A DNA stretch of 64,000 nucleotides from a virus. Positions 16,874-26,819 of this stretch are shown here, piece by piece. The notes under the pieces are model-generated. The model did not search any database. It was not told the DNA's origin and saw only the letters and a list, made by a program, of their open reading frames with translations. The stretch lies in IMG/VR virus record IMGVR_UViG_3300032053_000060, positions 3,842 to 67,841 of that record, one strand, 5' to 3'. Within the stretch, counting starts at the first letter, position 1, and every line of letters starts with the position of its first letter. Made by a program: the position numbers and the translations under genes.

Positions 16874-18232
16874 TTATCGGCTGCCTGCGAGAGCACTATT
16901 TTGAAGACCGATAACATTAATGAAGCGATAATAGTTTTCTGCACCAAAGAGGTTGTCGCAGATACCGTATCTAGTCATTATACCGATAACTGGTTGAAAT
17001 GATTCAACTGAGGTTGTACGGCTAAACATAACTGGGACGTATGGGCAATAAATGATGCCTGCATCATTGTCTTTTGGACCTTTATAACCAACTACTGCAT
17101 AGTCTTGTTTTGCAAAACTATCACGATAGACTGTAAAGCGACCAAGAGTACCAACTTTAGCAACTCCAGAAACTTCAGTATTTAAACTTGCAGCGATTGG
17201 AGACATTAAGAAATTGTCCAACGATTCGATTGCAGCAACGACACCTGGGGAGGCGACGATGAAGTTACCAGCACCACGACGAGTGGCGATAGCGATTTCA
17301 TTCGACGCTTTCAAGCAAATTGTATACAATGTACGGAATTTTTCTTGTTCCCAGCGACCATCTGCTGTTCCGTTTGCATTACCAACTGAACCATAATTCC
17401 ATGTTAATACGCCACCTTGGATAGCCTTGACGATGATACGATTCTTGATTTCAAGATCGATTTCAGCGGCAATTTCATAAGCCAAGAGATCAGTCAATTC
17501 TTCTTCAACGTCAACATTATGCATGTTAGCTAAGTCTTGTTGAGCTTCAAGAGTCCAACGAGCTTTCAATTTACGAGTTCCGGCAGTAATTTCTTTCTTT
17601 TCAATGGTTAAACCCATTTCGCGCATATTGCCAGATTCTGCATCACAAACCTTACCGCTAGTATCTAAACGTTCTGCCCATTGTGTTGTATAAGCATCAG
17701 CACCAGTTTGAATGCCTGTACCTGTGATATTAGCAATGCTGCCACCCGGCGTGTCAGCTTGATAACCATATTGCGCAATAGCTGCACCACCAGTAATGCC
17801 TGAGCCTGCAACTGAACCTGAATATTGTGGGTAAACTGCATTGTAGCCAGCTTCTTGACCTGCAACTGAACCTGATTGATAACGATAACGTAAAGCATAT
17901 GCTAAACCGACTGGGGTAAACATAGGTTGAACGCCAACGAGATCGTTGGTAATTAATTCTGGGAATACGCGAGCTACGAGAGGCATAGCGATACCCATAT
18001 ATTTAGCAACGCCTTGTAAACCTGTGTTTGCTGGATTTGAAGTACCATCAGCGCATCCTGAGCCAACTTCTGATGAAGTGCCTGCGCCAGATTCTTCAAG
18101 AATTTGTCTGTTGAACCAACGTTCCTCGTTTTCGAGTAATTGTGCAGTTAAGACTTGTTTCTTTTCGCTTTTGATATGCGAGATCATTGGATCCCATTTT
18201 TCTAAAAGTCGTTCGATGTTGTGATTAGCCAT
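16874..18232 (-). CDS. gp23: Major capsid protein (T4 gp23-like)
   Basis: LLEKWDPM, LVGVQPMFTPVGLAYALRYRY, TRKLKARWTLEAQQDL, YCPYVP, FQPVIGIMTRYG; start set at ATG 18232 behind CAGGAGA RBS. Confidence 0.97.
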   Translation of the reverse strand: MANHNIERLLEKWDPMISHIKSEKKQVLTAQLLENEERWFNRQILEESGAGTSSEVGSGCADGTSNPANTGLQGVAKYMGIAMPLVARVFPELITNDLVGVQPMFTPVGLAYALRYRYQSGSVAGQEAGYNAVYPQYSGSVAGSGITGGAAIAQYGYQADTPGGSIANITGTGIQTGADAYTTQWAERLDTSGKVCDAESGNMREMGLTIEKKEITAGTRKLKARWTLEAQQDLANMHNVDVEEELTDLLAYEIAAEIDLEIKNRIIVKAIQGGVLTWNYGSVGNANGTADGRWEQEKFRTLYTICLKASNEIAIATRRGAGNFIVASPGVVAAIESLDNFLMSPIAASLNTEVSGVAKVGTLGRFTVYRDSFAKQDYAVVGYKGPKDNDAGIIYCPYVPVMFSRTTSVESFQPVIGIMTRYGICDNLFGAENYYRFINVIGLQNSALAGSR

Positions 18233-18273
18233 GATAAAATTCTCCTGTAGAAGATTGTTTGTTGTTTGTTTGT

Positions 18274-19374
18274 TTACTTCGTGTTGACTTTTGATGCCCA
18301 TTTGTTTATATCTGGGTTAGCACCATCTGGTACTTTAGTTACATCTTTTTTGCCAGTTACGATTTCTTTTTGATCACTTTCAGAAAGTACTTTTCTTACT
18401 TGATGATCGATAATAGCCTTATCAGCTTCAGTTTGTGTTTTTACTTGAGCAACTGGAATTAAAGGTTTTTTAACACTTTCATCAATTTTTTGAACAGGTT
18501 TTACAACTTGTACTTCAACTGATTTTACGTTTGATTCGATGATGATATCACGAATCTTTGAAAACCGAGCTTCCAATTCTTCAACTTCTACACCTTCTAG
18601 AAGTTTTACAGCTTTATCCTTTTGGGGTTTTGTTAAACCCTCAGTGAGAGCATTGAACTTCATATTTCGTTCAATGTCTCGTTTCTCTTTCTTGAGTTTT
18701 ACTTCAACTTTAGATTTTTCTTCTACAGTAGATTCAAGAGATGAGATTCGTTCTTTTGCTTCTTTTAGCAATTTATAGCTAGTTGAATCCAACTTAACGT
18801 AATTTTTAGTAAATGCTTCCATAATACTAGTTACGAGTGGTTCAAGAACAGCCATTTTAGTTTCTGCTTCCATAATCGCAGCAGGAATATTTTCAATTAA
18901 TTTTGCTTCCATATAATCGGAAGCCTTTTCAATTAAATCCGCTTTGAAATTTTTAACTTCTTCACTAAGAGCAGAGTCTTGTTTTTCTTTGAATTCTTTC
19001 GCTTCAGCAAGAAGTAGAGCTTCTGCTTCTTTTTGAAACGAATCAATTTCATTTTGTTTTTGGGTGTCAATAAGTTCTTTATATTTGACCGTTTCTTCAA
19101 TTATCGTTTCTTCCAATTCTTTTTTATACCGTTCAGCCTGCTCAACTAATATTTTTTCATTCTCTTCAGATTCTTTTAAAAGTTTAGATTTTTGTTCTTC
19201 TAAATCTTTCTTAATTATCTCAATTTCTTCTTGTAAGAGTTGTTCTTTCGCAGAAACTCTAGCAGCAACTGTTTCATTTATGAGTTGCATAACTTTTTGT
19301 TGAGTTTCTTCGTTTAAGATGCCTTTTTCCAACCCTTCAAAAAGCTTTTGAGTATCTATTTTTTCGAGTGACAT
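18274..19374 (-). CDS. gp22: Prohead core scaffold protein (gp22-like)
   Basis: E/K-rich coiled coil, LTEGLTKPQKDKAVKLLEGV motif, position between gp21 and gp23. Confidence 0.85.
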   Translation of the reverse strand: MSLEKIDTQKLFEGLEKGILNEETQQKVMQLINETVAARVSAKEQLLQEEIEIIKKDLEEQKSKLLKESEENEKILVEQAERYKKELEETIIEETVKYKELIDTQKQNEIDSFQKEAEALLLAEAKEFKEKQDSALSEEVKNFKADLIEKASDYMEAKLIENIPAAIMEAETKMAVLEPLVTSIMEAFTKNYVKLDSTSYKLLKEAKERISSLESTVEEKSKVEVKLKKEKRDIERNMKFNALTEGLTKPQKDKAVKLLEGVEVEELEARFSKIRDIIIESNVKSVEVQVVKPVQKIDESVKKPLIPVAQVKTQTEADKAIIDHQVRKVLSESDQKEIVTGKKDVTKVPDGANPDINKWASKVNTK

Positions 19375-19408
19375 TATGGAGTCTCCTTTAAATATTTTTA
19401 TATATAGT

Positions 19409-19416
19409 TATTTATA
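19409..19416 (-). promoter_or_regulatory. T4-type late promoter TATAAATA
   Basis: Exact match 35 nt upstream of the gp22 start. Confidence 0.8.
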
Positions 19417-19422
19417 ATTCAT

Positions 19423-20130
19423 TTAACCTAAATCTTTTAAAAAGTTTTCTAATGCTTTTAGAAATACTTTATTTTTATCTTCAGATTTGGTTGGTAATGT
19501 ACTTACAGTGGATTCTAATTGGTTGTAACATTCAACAATAATGCCACCATCTTTAATGATGTATTCTTTATTTTCTAATATGCCATCTACGAAACCTTTT
19601 GGGGCAGAAGGATCAGAAACTATATCAATTGCAATCATTTCATAAGATTCTACATCTTTTGATCCATCTTGATTTGCATCCTCAGCTAGCGATCCTAACC
19701 CTCTTGTCGAAACTCCTAATCGCAATTTTTTCTTTAAAAATGTTTCTACTATTTTTCCACAAGGATTATCAGTTAATATTTCAGCTTTTCCAATACAATC
19801 ATTTCCTTGCCATTCTAACGATTTTGTATAATGTGATACTCTATCTAAATTTATTTCAACTCCATTTGGATGCCCCAATTCTCCATATGATCTAAATCCA
19901 AAATTTGGATTCATGCGCTCATTTACATATTTTTGAACGCATTCTTGCATTTGACTCAATATATATTTTCTACCATTTCTATTTTTAGTATTTGTTTGAA
20001 TAAATGGACCTTCAATAAAATAAGACTTTTTTGATATGCCAGTTTCGTCATCTTTTGCAGATTCTATTAATACGTCTACTGGACGTAAATTGAAATCTTT
20101 TGCTTCAGTTATGAGTTTAAGTTGTCTCAT
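19423..20130 (-). CDS. gp21: Prohead protease (gp21)
   Basis: NRNGRKY, GELGHP, INLDRVSH, LGVSTRGLGS, DIVSDPSAP motifs. Confidence 0.95.
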   Translation of the reverse strand: MRQLKLITEAKDFNLRPVDVLIESAKDDETGISKKSYFIEGPFIQTNTKNRNGRKYILSQMQECVQKYVNERMNPNFGFRSYGELGHPNGVEINLDRVSHYTKSLEWQGNDCIGKAEILTDNPCGKIVETFLKKKLRLGVSTRGLGSLAEDANQDGSKDVESYEMIAIDIVSDPSAPKGFVDGILENKEYIIKDGGIIVECYNQLESTVSTLPTKSEDKNKVFLKALENFLKDLG

Positions 20131-20359
20131 TTTTAATTTTATCCTTTGGTTCCATATTCATTTTTTCTAATTCTAATGCTGATATAGCCGTTTTTTCAGC
20201 TTGTGCATTAATTTTAGTTAAAACGTTCAATTTATTATTATTTATAATATTTTTCAATGCAGAATTAACAACTTTTGGAAATACTTCATCAGCTTCTGTA
20301 TATTTGTTATTAGCTAGGGCGTTTAAAAATTGTTTAATGTGTTCTCTGTTTTCAGTCAT
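20117..20359 (-). CDS. Small prohead core protein (gp67/gp68-like by position)
   Basis: 80-aa ORF between the portal and protease genes. Confidence 0.55.
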   Translation of the reverse strand: MTENREHIKQFLNALANNKYTEADEVFPKVVNSALKNIINNNKLNVLTKINAQAEKTAISALELEKMNMEPKDKIKNETT

Positions 20360-20379
20360 GTTGTATTCCTTGTTTGTTG

Positions 20380-23160
20380 TTATGCGAAACTTTCTAATGC
20401 TTCTCCACCAGTCGATTTCTCCGGTTTAGATGTGGTTTCTTTTGATTTTCCGGTAATATCAGTACCACTTTCAGTTTCTGGCGCTGAAGGTTCTTCTGAT
20501 GAACTGTCCATGTCTCCTAAAGATCCACCACTAGATCCACCACTAGATCCACCACTAGATCCACCACTAGATCCTCCTGGAGCAATTTTATTTTTATTTA
20601 ATTTTAACGCTTCTTCATTTTCTAATATTTCGTCAGGCTTAAATTTTAAGAATCTTCGCATTAACCATGTTTTATCAAACATTGGAGTTTGTCCAGCATC
20701 TCCAGGTTCTGTATATGGCATAAATCTTTCGAAATTTTCGGCTCTTTGTGTTAATAATTCCGTTTCAATATAATCTTCAAATATATTATTACTATTAAAC
20801 TTTATATGAAAATCTTTTTCTGTTATGCCATATTCATCAGCATATCCCTTTAATCTTAAATGACTTAGATATATTTGTAAAAATACATTTGCAAATCTAT
20901 TAACAAACTTTTGAACCATTTTATGAAAACGAACCTCTTCTCTAGTTATATCAGAAGTATCTCCTAAGCTAAATCCAGAATCTTGCTCCATTCTAGACAT
21001 TGGAATTCTTAGGGATCTAAATAGATTTTTTTGCATATAAACTATATCGTCAATTTGTCCAAGATTATCTCCACCTGGAAGAGTTTCAATTGATGACCCT
21101 TTACCATCTTGAGATGGAAACCAATAATCCTCAATCATTGCCATAGTATCAACAGTTTGTGATGCTTCACCCGTAGTTGGATCATACGTTTTTCTTTGGC
21201 GATATTTTTTCATTAATCCTTGAACGTAAGCTTCAGCTTTTTGTTTTGGTAATTTGCCTACTTCAATTTTAAATATACGTCTCTCAGGAGCACGACAATT
21301 GTGTACCGGACAAGCATTTACAATGAAATTATGATGTTCAGATTCAACTTCAATATCATAAACTTCACGCTTACCAACTGGGTCTATTGAAATAACATTT
21401 TCAAAATCTTCTAATGGGATTTTTGTTAAAGTTACTGTCCAAGAATCTTTACCAGAAATGACTCTATTTTCAAATTTATGCGATCTTGAAGGTCTATGAG
21501 TTATTTTTCCAGATGATAATCCCAAAGAACACCATAATTCTTTTATATCTTCAATTAATTTTTTATTTGCTAATTGAATAGTTGAAAACCATGTTCCATT
21601 ATTTGTATATCGTTCACATCCATCAGCATCAGATAATCCTTCAATAAATGCCAATTTTATAGAATTTGATGAATTAAAAACCCATTCTGGTATTCTTTTA
21701 TTAGCAAATCCTTTTATATAACCTAAATCTTCAAATATTTTTACAGCTATAGTAGAATTAGTATAATAATTTGTATATTTTCTATTTTTGGATGTTGAAC
21801 GATTACAAACGCCAAAATACTTAGACAATAAGCCACTATATTCTACATTAAGTTCTGGATGTTCACCTTCAGCAAATACTACATTATTTTTTGAAATACT
21901 TCCATCACCTATCAAAAATCCAAATAATTTAGCAAAATCTTCATCTACATATTCTGGAACATTTTTTATTTCTTGAGTTTTAAACGTTAATTCTTTTAAT
22001 TTACAAACTTGTTCACCAAATTGTGTGTTTATTTTAGTTTTTTTAGTTTTTTCTTCAAATTTAGCATTTATAAATTGATGTCGTTTAATTTCTAATTTTC
22101 CAGCTTCTACGTAATCAATTTTTTCAGTTGTAGTATCTTTAACTAATATTGGATGATCTGGAGTACATATCAATTCATTATGTCTAGTTCTTACTTTTAT
22201 AGTTTCTTTTTCTCCACTATTCCACTTATTTGTAACTTTTGTAGGTATTAATATTCCATTATTATAAGAATATACATTATCACCTATATTTAAATCTTTA
22301 ATATATTTGTATCCATTTTCAGTTTTAACTCTAGATTCAGAATCTAAACAAAGTCTATAAATGACAAGAGAATCTTCTAATTGTTTAAGTTTTCTATAAT
22401 CAACTTTCGCATAATCTAAGAATGATCTAACTATTTTAGTTTGTCTATCTGGATAATCATATAATCCAGAATTGGCATAAGCCACCATTTGAGTAGGCAT
22501 AACTAAAATATTTGAAGGACCTTTATGTACGAATTGGTATATATTATCAGATTCTATTTCTTCCCATATAGGATGAGTGAACTCCGGTCTTAATTTTTTT
22601 ATCTTTAAAATTCCTCGATCTTTTGCAGTTTCTGGGTCAACAACCTTTTCAAAGGAAATTTCACCATCAATCATATATTCCATCCACCATTCATTAATAT
22701 ACTTATCAGCTTCCAAAACTTCTTTATATATGTATTTCCATTCTTTATTTAAATTTTTTAATATATTCTCATTTTGCATGAATTTTGGATTTTTTATAAA
22801 TAAATTCATAAAATTTCCATCATCATCAAAGTTTATAGCCTCATCTTCTATTTCGCCTAATGCAAATGAGATTACAGGAAACATTGACATATCACGACGT
22901 GACGATAACATCGAATTTTTATTAGATTCTGTTTTATATATAAATGAATTTAATTGACCAGTCTGTTTTTGAAATTCTGCTGAAGATATAGTAGAAACGT
23001 CGTCCATTTCACTTGCTGCTGGGATATTCGGCTTTCCATACTTATCTTCTTGTCGGTCAAAAACATTAAAATTTCTTTTGTAATGTGTTGCTTGAGCCTG
23101 TTTAGACCAATTATTGCGCTTAACAAAACTATCTATTACTTTAGAAAACATATTTGCCAT
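20380..23160 (-). CDS. gp20: Portal protein (gp20) containing an intein
   Basis: LKQLEDSLVIYRL | CRAPERRIFKIEVGKLPKQKAEAY, MIEDYWFP, IETLPGGDNLGQIDD, ITREEVRFHK. Confidence 0.95.
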   Translation of the reverse strand: MANMFSKVIDSFVKRNNWSKQAQATHYKRNFNVFDRQEDKYGKPNIPAASEMDDVSTISSAEFQKQTGQLNSFIYKTESNKNSMLSSRRDMSMFPVISFALGEIEDEAINFDDDGNFMNLFIKNPKFMQNENILKNLNKEWKYIYKEVLEADKYINEWWMEYMIDGEISFEKVVDPETAKDRGILKIKKLRPEFTHPIWEEIESDNIYQFVHKGPSNILVMPTQMVAYANSGLYDYPDRQTKIVRSFLDYAKVDYRKLKQLEDSLVIYRLCLDSESRVKTENGYKYIKDLNIGDNVYSYNNGILIPTKVTNKWNSGEKETIKVRTRHNELICTPDHPILVKDTTTEKIDYVEAGKLEIKRHQFINAKFEEKTKKTKINTQFGEQVCKLKELTFKTQEIKNVPEYVDEDFAKLFGFLIGDGSISKNNVVFAEGEHPELNVEYSGLLSKYFGVCNRSTSKNRKYTNYYTNSTIAVKIFEDLGYIKGFANKRIPEWVFNSSNSIKLAFIEGLSDADGCERYTNNGTWFSTIQLANKKLIEDIKELWCSLGLSSGKITHRPSRSHKFENRVISGKDSWTVTLTKIPLEDFENVISIDPVGKREVYDIEVESEHHNFIVNACPVHNCRAPERRIFKIEVGKLPKQKAEAYVQGLMKKYRQRKTYDPTTGEASQTVDTMAMIEDYWFPSQDGKGSSIETLPGGDNLGQIDDIVYMQKNLFRSLRIPMSRMEQDSGFSLGDTSDITREEVRFHKMVQKFVNRFANVFLQIYLSHLRLKGYADEYGITEKDFHIKFNSNNIFEDYIETELLTQRAENFERFMPYTEPGDAGQTPMFDKTWLMRRFLKFKPDEILENEEALKLNKNKIAPGGSSGGSSGGSSGGSSGGSLGDMDSSSEEPSAPETESGTDITGKSKETTSKPEKSTGGEALESFA
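20521..20577 (-). repeat. 12-bp tandem repeat (ctagatccacca) encoding GGSS repeats in the portal C-terminal tail
   Basis: agatccacca ctagatccac cactagatcc accactagat ccaccactag atcctcc. Confidence 0.9.
21298..22350 (-). mobile_element. Intein (351 aa) with LAGLIDADG endonuclease in the portal protein
   Basis: Starts CLDSESRV, block B CTPDHPIL, LFGFLIGDGS and FIEGLSDADG motifs, ends VYDIEVESEHHNFIVNACPVHN followed by Cys+1. Confidence 0.95.
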
Positions 23161-23222
23161 TTTAAATTCCCCTTATTACTATTATAATAAATACTAAATA
23201 TATCTACTATAACACCAAGTTA

Positions 23223-23230
23223 TATTTATA
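23223..23230 (-). promoter_or_regulatory. T4-type late promoter TATAAATA for the portal operon
   Basis: Exact match 63 nt upstream of the gp20 start. Confidence 0.7.
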
Positions 23231-23247
23231 TATTTAGGGGGGGGAAA

Positions 23248-23694
23248 ATGAACAAACTTTTTAAAAAATGTATTTTTACGCCTATTAATAGATCAAAATA
23301 TAAGGGTAATGGTGCAATAGTAGCACGTTCTGGTTGGGAATTAAAATTTATGAATTTTTTAGATAAGACAGATACAGTATTAGAATGGAGATCAGAACCG
23401 TTTCCAATAGTATATTTTAATCCAATAAAACAAAAAATGTCCCGATATTATCCAGATTTTTTAATAATTTTTAAAGGAAAAGATGGTAATATACATACAG
23501 AATTAATAGAAATAAAACCTTATAAACAAACAATTCCTCCAGTAAATACGGGAAAGAAACGTAAATCTACATTACTTGTAGAATCTCACATGTGGTTTAT
23601 TAATTCCGCAAAATGGAAAGCTGCTAGAGATTATTGTGCAGTAAGAAATATAGTTTTTAGAATTATGACTGAAAAAGAATTAAATATTCGTTAG
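23248..23694 (+). CDS. gp4: Head completion nuclease (T4 gp4-like, TnsA-type PD-(D/E)xK fold)
   Basis: KYKG..RSGWELKFM..WRSEP..RYYPDF..LIEIKPYKQT..NSAKWKAA..MTEKEL. Confidence 0.9.
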   Translation: MNKLFKKCIFTPINRSKYKGNGAIVARSGWELKFMNFLDKTDTVLEWRSEPFPIVYFNPIKQKMSRYYPDFLIIFKGKDGNIHTELIEIKPYKQTIPPVNTGKKRKSTLLVESHMWFINSAKWKAARDYCAVRNIVFRIMTEKELNIR

Positions 23695-24623
23695 CCAAAA
23701 ACTTCACTAAATTCTTCGTCTTTAGTTTGTGCGGTTTTAATTCGTTTAATTATTTGATCTATTTCTTCTAGTCTACGGGTTAAGTCTCTATATTTATTAC
23801 TTATAAAATATGTAGCTATATCTTTTCCAGTTGGCAATTCATATTTGGTATACACTTCAAGTAATTTAGTACAAAATATTTCTGGTATTTTATTTAAATC
23901 TATTAAAGCTGTGTTTCTTTTTAATTTTAAAGAAATTTCATCGCCTATAGTTACAACATCGCCGTTTTCTTTTGTATAACTTGGAGTAGAATCTAATAAC
24001 ATTTCATTTAGTAATTCTGGAGAATTTGCAATTTTTTCAGCAGTCTTTATACCAATCTTAGGTTTAATTGCAGGAACATTATCGCCTTTATCGCCCATTA
24101 AAATTTTAATTTGTAATTTTTTATCAGGATCATCACATTTTACAAATGACATTTTCATAGGATCATATATTTTTATGTTGTTATATTTTAATAATTGAAC
24201 GTAATCAGAATCTGAGGTAATTATTATTTTATCTTCTTGTTGTAAATTTTTAGATAAAATGGCTGCAATATCATCAGCTTCCATATATTTTATATTAAGT
24301 ACGTAAAAAGGAAAATTCTTTTTAGTATCATCTACAAATTCTTGAAAAGCTTTAAAAAATTCATCCCAATTGATATCATCATTTGCTTCTTTTTCTCTAT
24401 TCTCTTTTCTATGTTGCTTATATTCAGGATAAATCTTTTTTCTCCAATTTTCTTTAGAATCTACTGCTAAAACTACCTTAGTTGCATCAAATTTTTTACA
24501 TAAGCTAAAAATATGATTATACATAACATGTTTGAAATATTGCCAACCTACATCAGCTATATCTTTTCTTGCAGCAAATAAACATCTATACGCTACATGA
24601 TTTAAATCAAATATTAATAACAT
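23691..24623 (-). CDS. rnh: RNase H / 5'-3' exonuclease (T4 rnh-like)
   Basis: NWRKKIYPEYK, EADDI, SDSDYVQL, LMGDKGDNVP. Confidence 0.9.
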   Translation of the reverse strand: MLLIFDLNHVAYRCLFAARKDIADVGWQYFKHVMYNHIFSLCKKFDATKVVLAVDSKENWRKKIYPEYKQHRKENREKEANDDINWDEFFKAFQEFVDDTKKNFPFYVLNIKYMEADDIAAILSKNLQQEDKIIITSDSDYVQLLKYNNIKIYDPMKMSFVKCDDPDKKLQIKILMGDKGDNVPAIKPKIGIKTAEKIANSPELLNEMLLDSTPSYTKENGDVVTIGDEISLKLKRNTALIDLNKIPEIFCTKLLEVYTKYELPTGKDIATYFISNKYRDLTRRLEEIDQIIKRIKTAQTKDEEFSEVFG

Positions 24624-24651
24624 GATATTCCTTTATAATATAATTAAATAT

Positions 24652-24679
24652 ATTATATAAGTATTTTTAATAAATGCAA
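24652..24679 (-). promoter_or_regulatory. sigma70-like promoter TTGCAT-N16-TATAAT
   Basis: Read directly; upstream of rnh. Confidence 0.6.
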
Positions 24680-24695
24680 GCGTTTTATTTAAAGT

Positions 24696-25013
24696 TTAAT
24701 CCGTTAAATCTTTTAAAATAATTTCCATTTTCTCTTTTAATTTTTTAATTGGATTTTTAATATGTTCTCCAATTTCTAATCTCTGATTATTATATTTATG
24801 CATTATGTGGTCTGGTGGGTATATAGCTTCTTGTATTTCTTTTTCTATTTCTTCTTTAGTTGGGAATATATCGTTATATTTCTTAGGATGATCTACTATC
24901 TCATTACTTTCAGGCATTTCTTTGATTAGTTCAGATTCTTCTACTGTATTAACTAATGGATTTTCGTTAGGTTCAGTTATTATAATATCATCTTTTAAAA
25001 TTTGTTTAGACAT
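24696..25013 (-). CDS. Hypothetical protein
   Basis: 105-aa acidic ORF with AAGGAA RBS, within an operon. Confidence 0.7.
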   Translation of the reverse strand: MSKQILKDDIIITEPNENPLVNTVEESELIKEMPESNEIVDHPKKYNDIFPTKEEIEKEIQEAIYPPDHIMHKYNNQRLEIGEHIKNPIKKLKEKMEIILKDLTD

Positions 25014-25025
25014 AATTATTATTCC

Positions 25026-25526
25026 TTATTCTTCGTTTAAAAATCCGTAATATGCGATGGCTGTAGCATCACAGATTCCATCGTGAAATACCCTACTTCT
25101 TTTAGTTGCTAAAAAATTAGTATTTGGAAATTTTTCTTTACAAAATTTCATTGTACCTTGCTTATCTTCGTGATTATAATCCTCACCTAATACACATTTT
25201 TTCCATCGTTGCGGTAAAACTAAAAATAATTCAAATTTATATACCAATAAAAATTTTAATACTTCACATGTCGCCATTAACCCATAATACGATCCACCAA
25301 ATTGAAACATACTAACTCGTCCCCCTAATAACCCAACACTAACTTGTTCTAAATAAATTTTATCAGGGTTGTGCTTTTTTATAAATTCTGCAACTAATTT
25401 AAAATCTATTATATCTTTCCCACTTTTTAATGTGCGAGTAGGCATTACACAAACTTCAATTATTGTATTTTCATCCATACAACATAATCCACCAGTTTTA
25501 CCAGGATCAATACCTACGATTTTCAT
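25026..25526 (-). CDS. ruvC: RuvC-like Holliday junction resolvase
   Basis: VGIDPGKTGG, IYLEQV, PQRWKK, DGICDATAIA acidic catalytic pattern. Confidence 0.88.
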   Translation of the reverse strand: MKIVGIDPGKTGGLCCMDENTIIEVCVMPTRTLKSGKDIIDFKLVAEFIKKHNPDKIYLEQVSVGLLGGRVSMFQFGGSYYGLMATCEVLKFLLVYKFELFLVLPQRWKKCVLGEDYNHEDKQGTMKFCKEKFPNTNFLATKRSRVFHDGICDATAIAYYGFLNEE

Positions 25527-25849
25527 TTTTTCTTTTTTCTTATAATTATAAAATTTTGGGGGCTGTCAGACCACGATTGTCCATCATTATTGCCTTCTTG
25601 GACTCTAACTTTTTTAGACCATTTATTTATATTTTCGGATAATGTGCTTATATGCATTAATGCTGCTGGTATAAAATGACATTTACAAGATTTACAATTA
25701 TATTTTTTTAAAATTGAATTTCCCATAGATGATACTATTTCATGTTCGTCGTCTTCTATAAGTGTTATATCCTTACTACCACAGTCTGGACATAACATAC
25801 CTTCAGTATTTTTATGTTCGTCGCCTGGAGGGTTAATTGGGTGTAGCAT
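25523..25849 (-). CDS. Zn-ribbon hypothetical protein
   Basis: CPDCGS ... CKSC; 4-nt overlap with the ruvC start. Confidence 0.7.
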   Translation of the reverse strand: MLHPINPPGDEHKNTEGMLCPDCGSKDITLIEDDEHEIVSSMGNSILKKYNCKSCKCHFIPAALMHISTLSENINKWSKKVRVQEGNNDGQSWSDSPQNFIIIRKKKK

Positions 25850-25861
25850 GTGTATAGTTCC

Positions 25862-26242
25862 TTATAATTTTTTATAAATATTTTGAATTTGAGTTTGAAT
25901 ATCTTTTTTATGTTCTTCTGTAAAATACTTGGTTTTTATTAATTTGCGTTGCTCTGAAAAAAAGTATTTATGCCTGCAAGAATTGAAATTAGAATTATCT
26001 AATAAATTATAATATTTTAATAATTCTATTATAGTTTTCTCTATTAGTAAATAATTGTCTTTATTGTTTAATAATAATTTTTCTATTAATATCAATAACG
26101 GTTTCACTTCTATATCTTTATCTTTTAATATTTTTATGAAAGATTTTATATCATTTTCAGTTAATACATTTCCAGAATTTAATTTTTGAGATATATGAAT
26201 ATTATCCAGTTCTTCTTGTATTTTGATTAATATAGAACTCAT
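25862..26242 (-). CDS. Hypothetical protein
   Basis: 126-aa ORF with GAGG RBS; TATAAATA at 26291-26298 and 26297-26304 (minus) upstream. Confidence 0.65.
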   Translation of the reverse strand: MSSILIKIQEELDNIHISQKLNSGNVLTENDIKSFIKILKDKDIEVKPLLILIEKLLLNNKDNYLLIEKTIIELLKYYNLLDNSNFNSCRHKYFFSEQRKLIKTKYFTEEHKKDIQTQIQNIYKKL

Positions 26243-26321
26243 TTCAAAATAATACCTCGTATAATAATTATAACAAGAATATGGTATAATTATTTATATT
26301 TATATATTTTGAAAGGATATT

Positions 26322-26819
26322 ATGAAACTAAATACTAAAGAGCTTTTCGAGAATGAATCTAAAGTCAAGTCTTACTTGGAAAAATATGCAACATATAAGA
26401 CTGCTTTAGAAAAAGAAATAGAGCTTATGAAAGCCAATTTAGAAAAGGATTGTATTAATATAGATGAAACTAATTTAGTAACTGAATGTAATAAATGTGT
26501 ACAATTATACAATAAATATTCAATGATTTATGCAGATAAAAAACCATTTTTAAATAGATTAAATAGAAATTTAGACGAAATTCAAAGTTACTTATTTGAT
26601 TATTATATGTTTAATTATGATAAGAGTACAAAAATGACAGTTTCTTTAGCTGATAAGTATATAAAGTCTCATTGTATGTATAAAGAAATAAGTGAAATTT
26701 ACGAAAATTATTCAAATTATTTACAATTAATAGAAAGAACTTTAGAGTATTGTCGTAACAGGGGTTATGCCGTTAAAAATATAATAGAAATACAAAAAAT
26801 TAAGTTTGGAATGAATTAA
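26322..26819 (+). CDS. uvsY: Recombination mediator UvsY-like
   Basis: EKDCINIDETNL..E, C-terminal NRGYAVKNIIEIQK; adjacent to uvsW. Confidence 0.8.
   Translation: MKLNTKELFENESKVKSYLEKYATYKTALEKEIELMKANLEKDCINIDETNLVTECNKCVQLYNKYSMIYADKKPFLNRLNRNLDEIQSYLFDYYMFNYDKSTKMTVSLADKYIKSHCMYKEISEIYENYSNYLQLIERTLEYCRNRGYAVKNIIEIQKIKFGMN

Noticed and set aside
18233-18301. Longer gp23 start given by the ORF track
   Set aside because: Overlaps gp22; a strong RBS precedes ATG 18232. Similar start corrections were made for nrdJ, gp47, gp55, uvsX, gp41 and the 60482 gene
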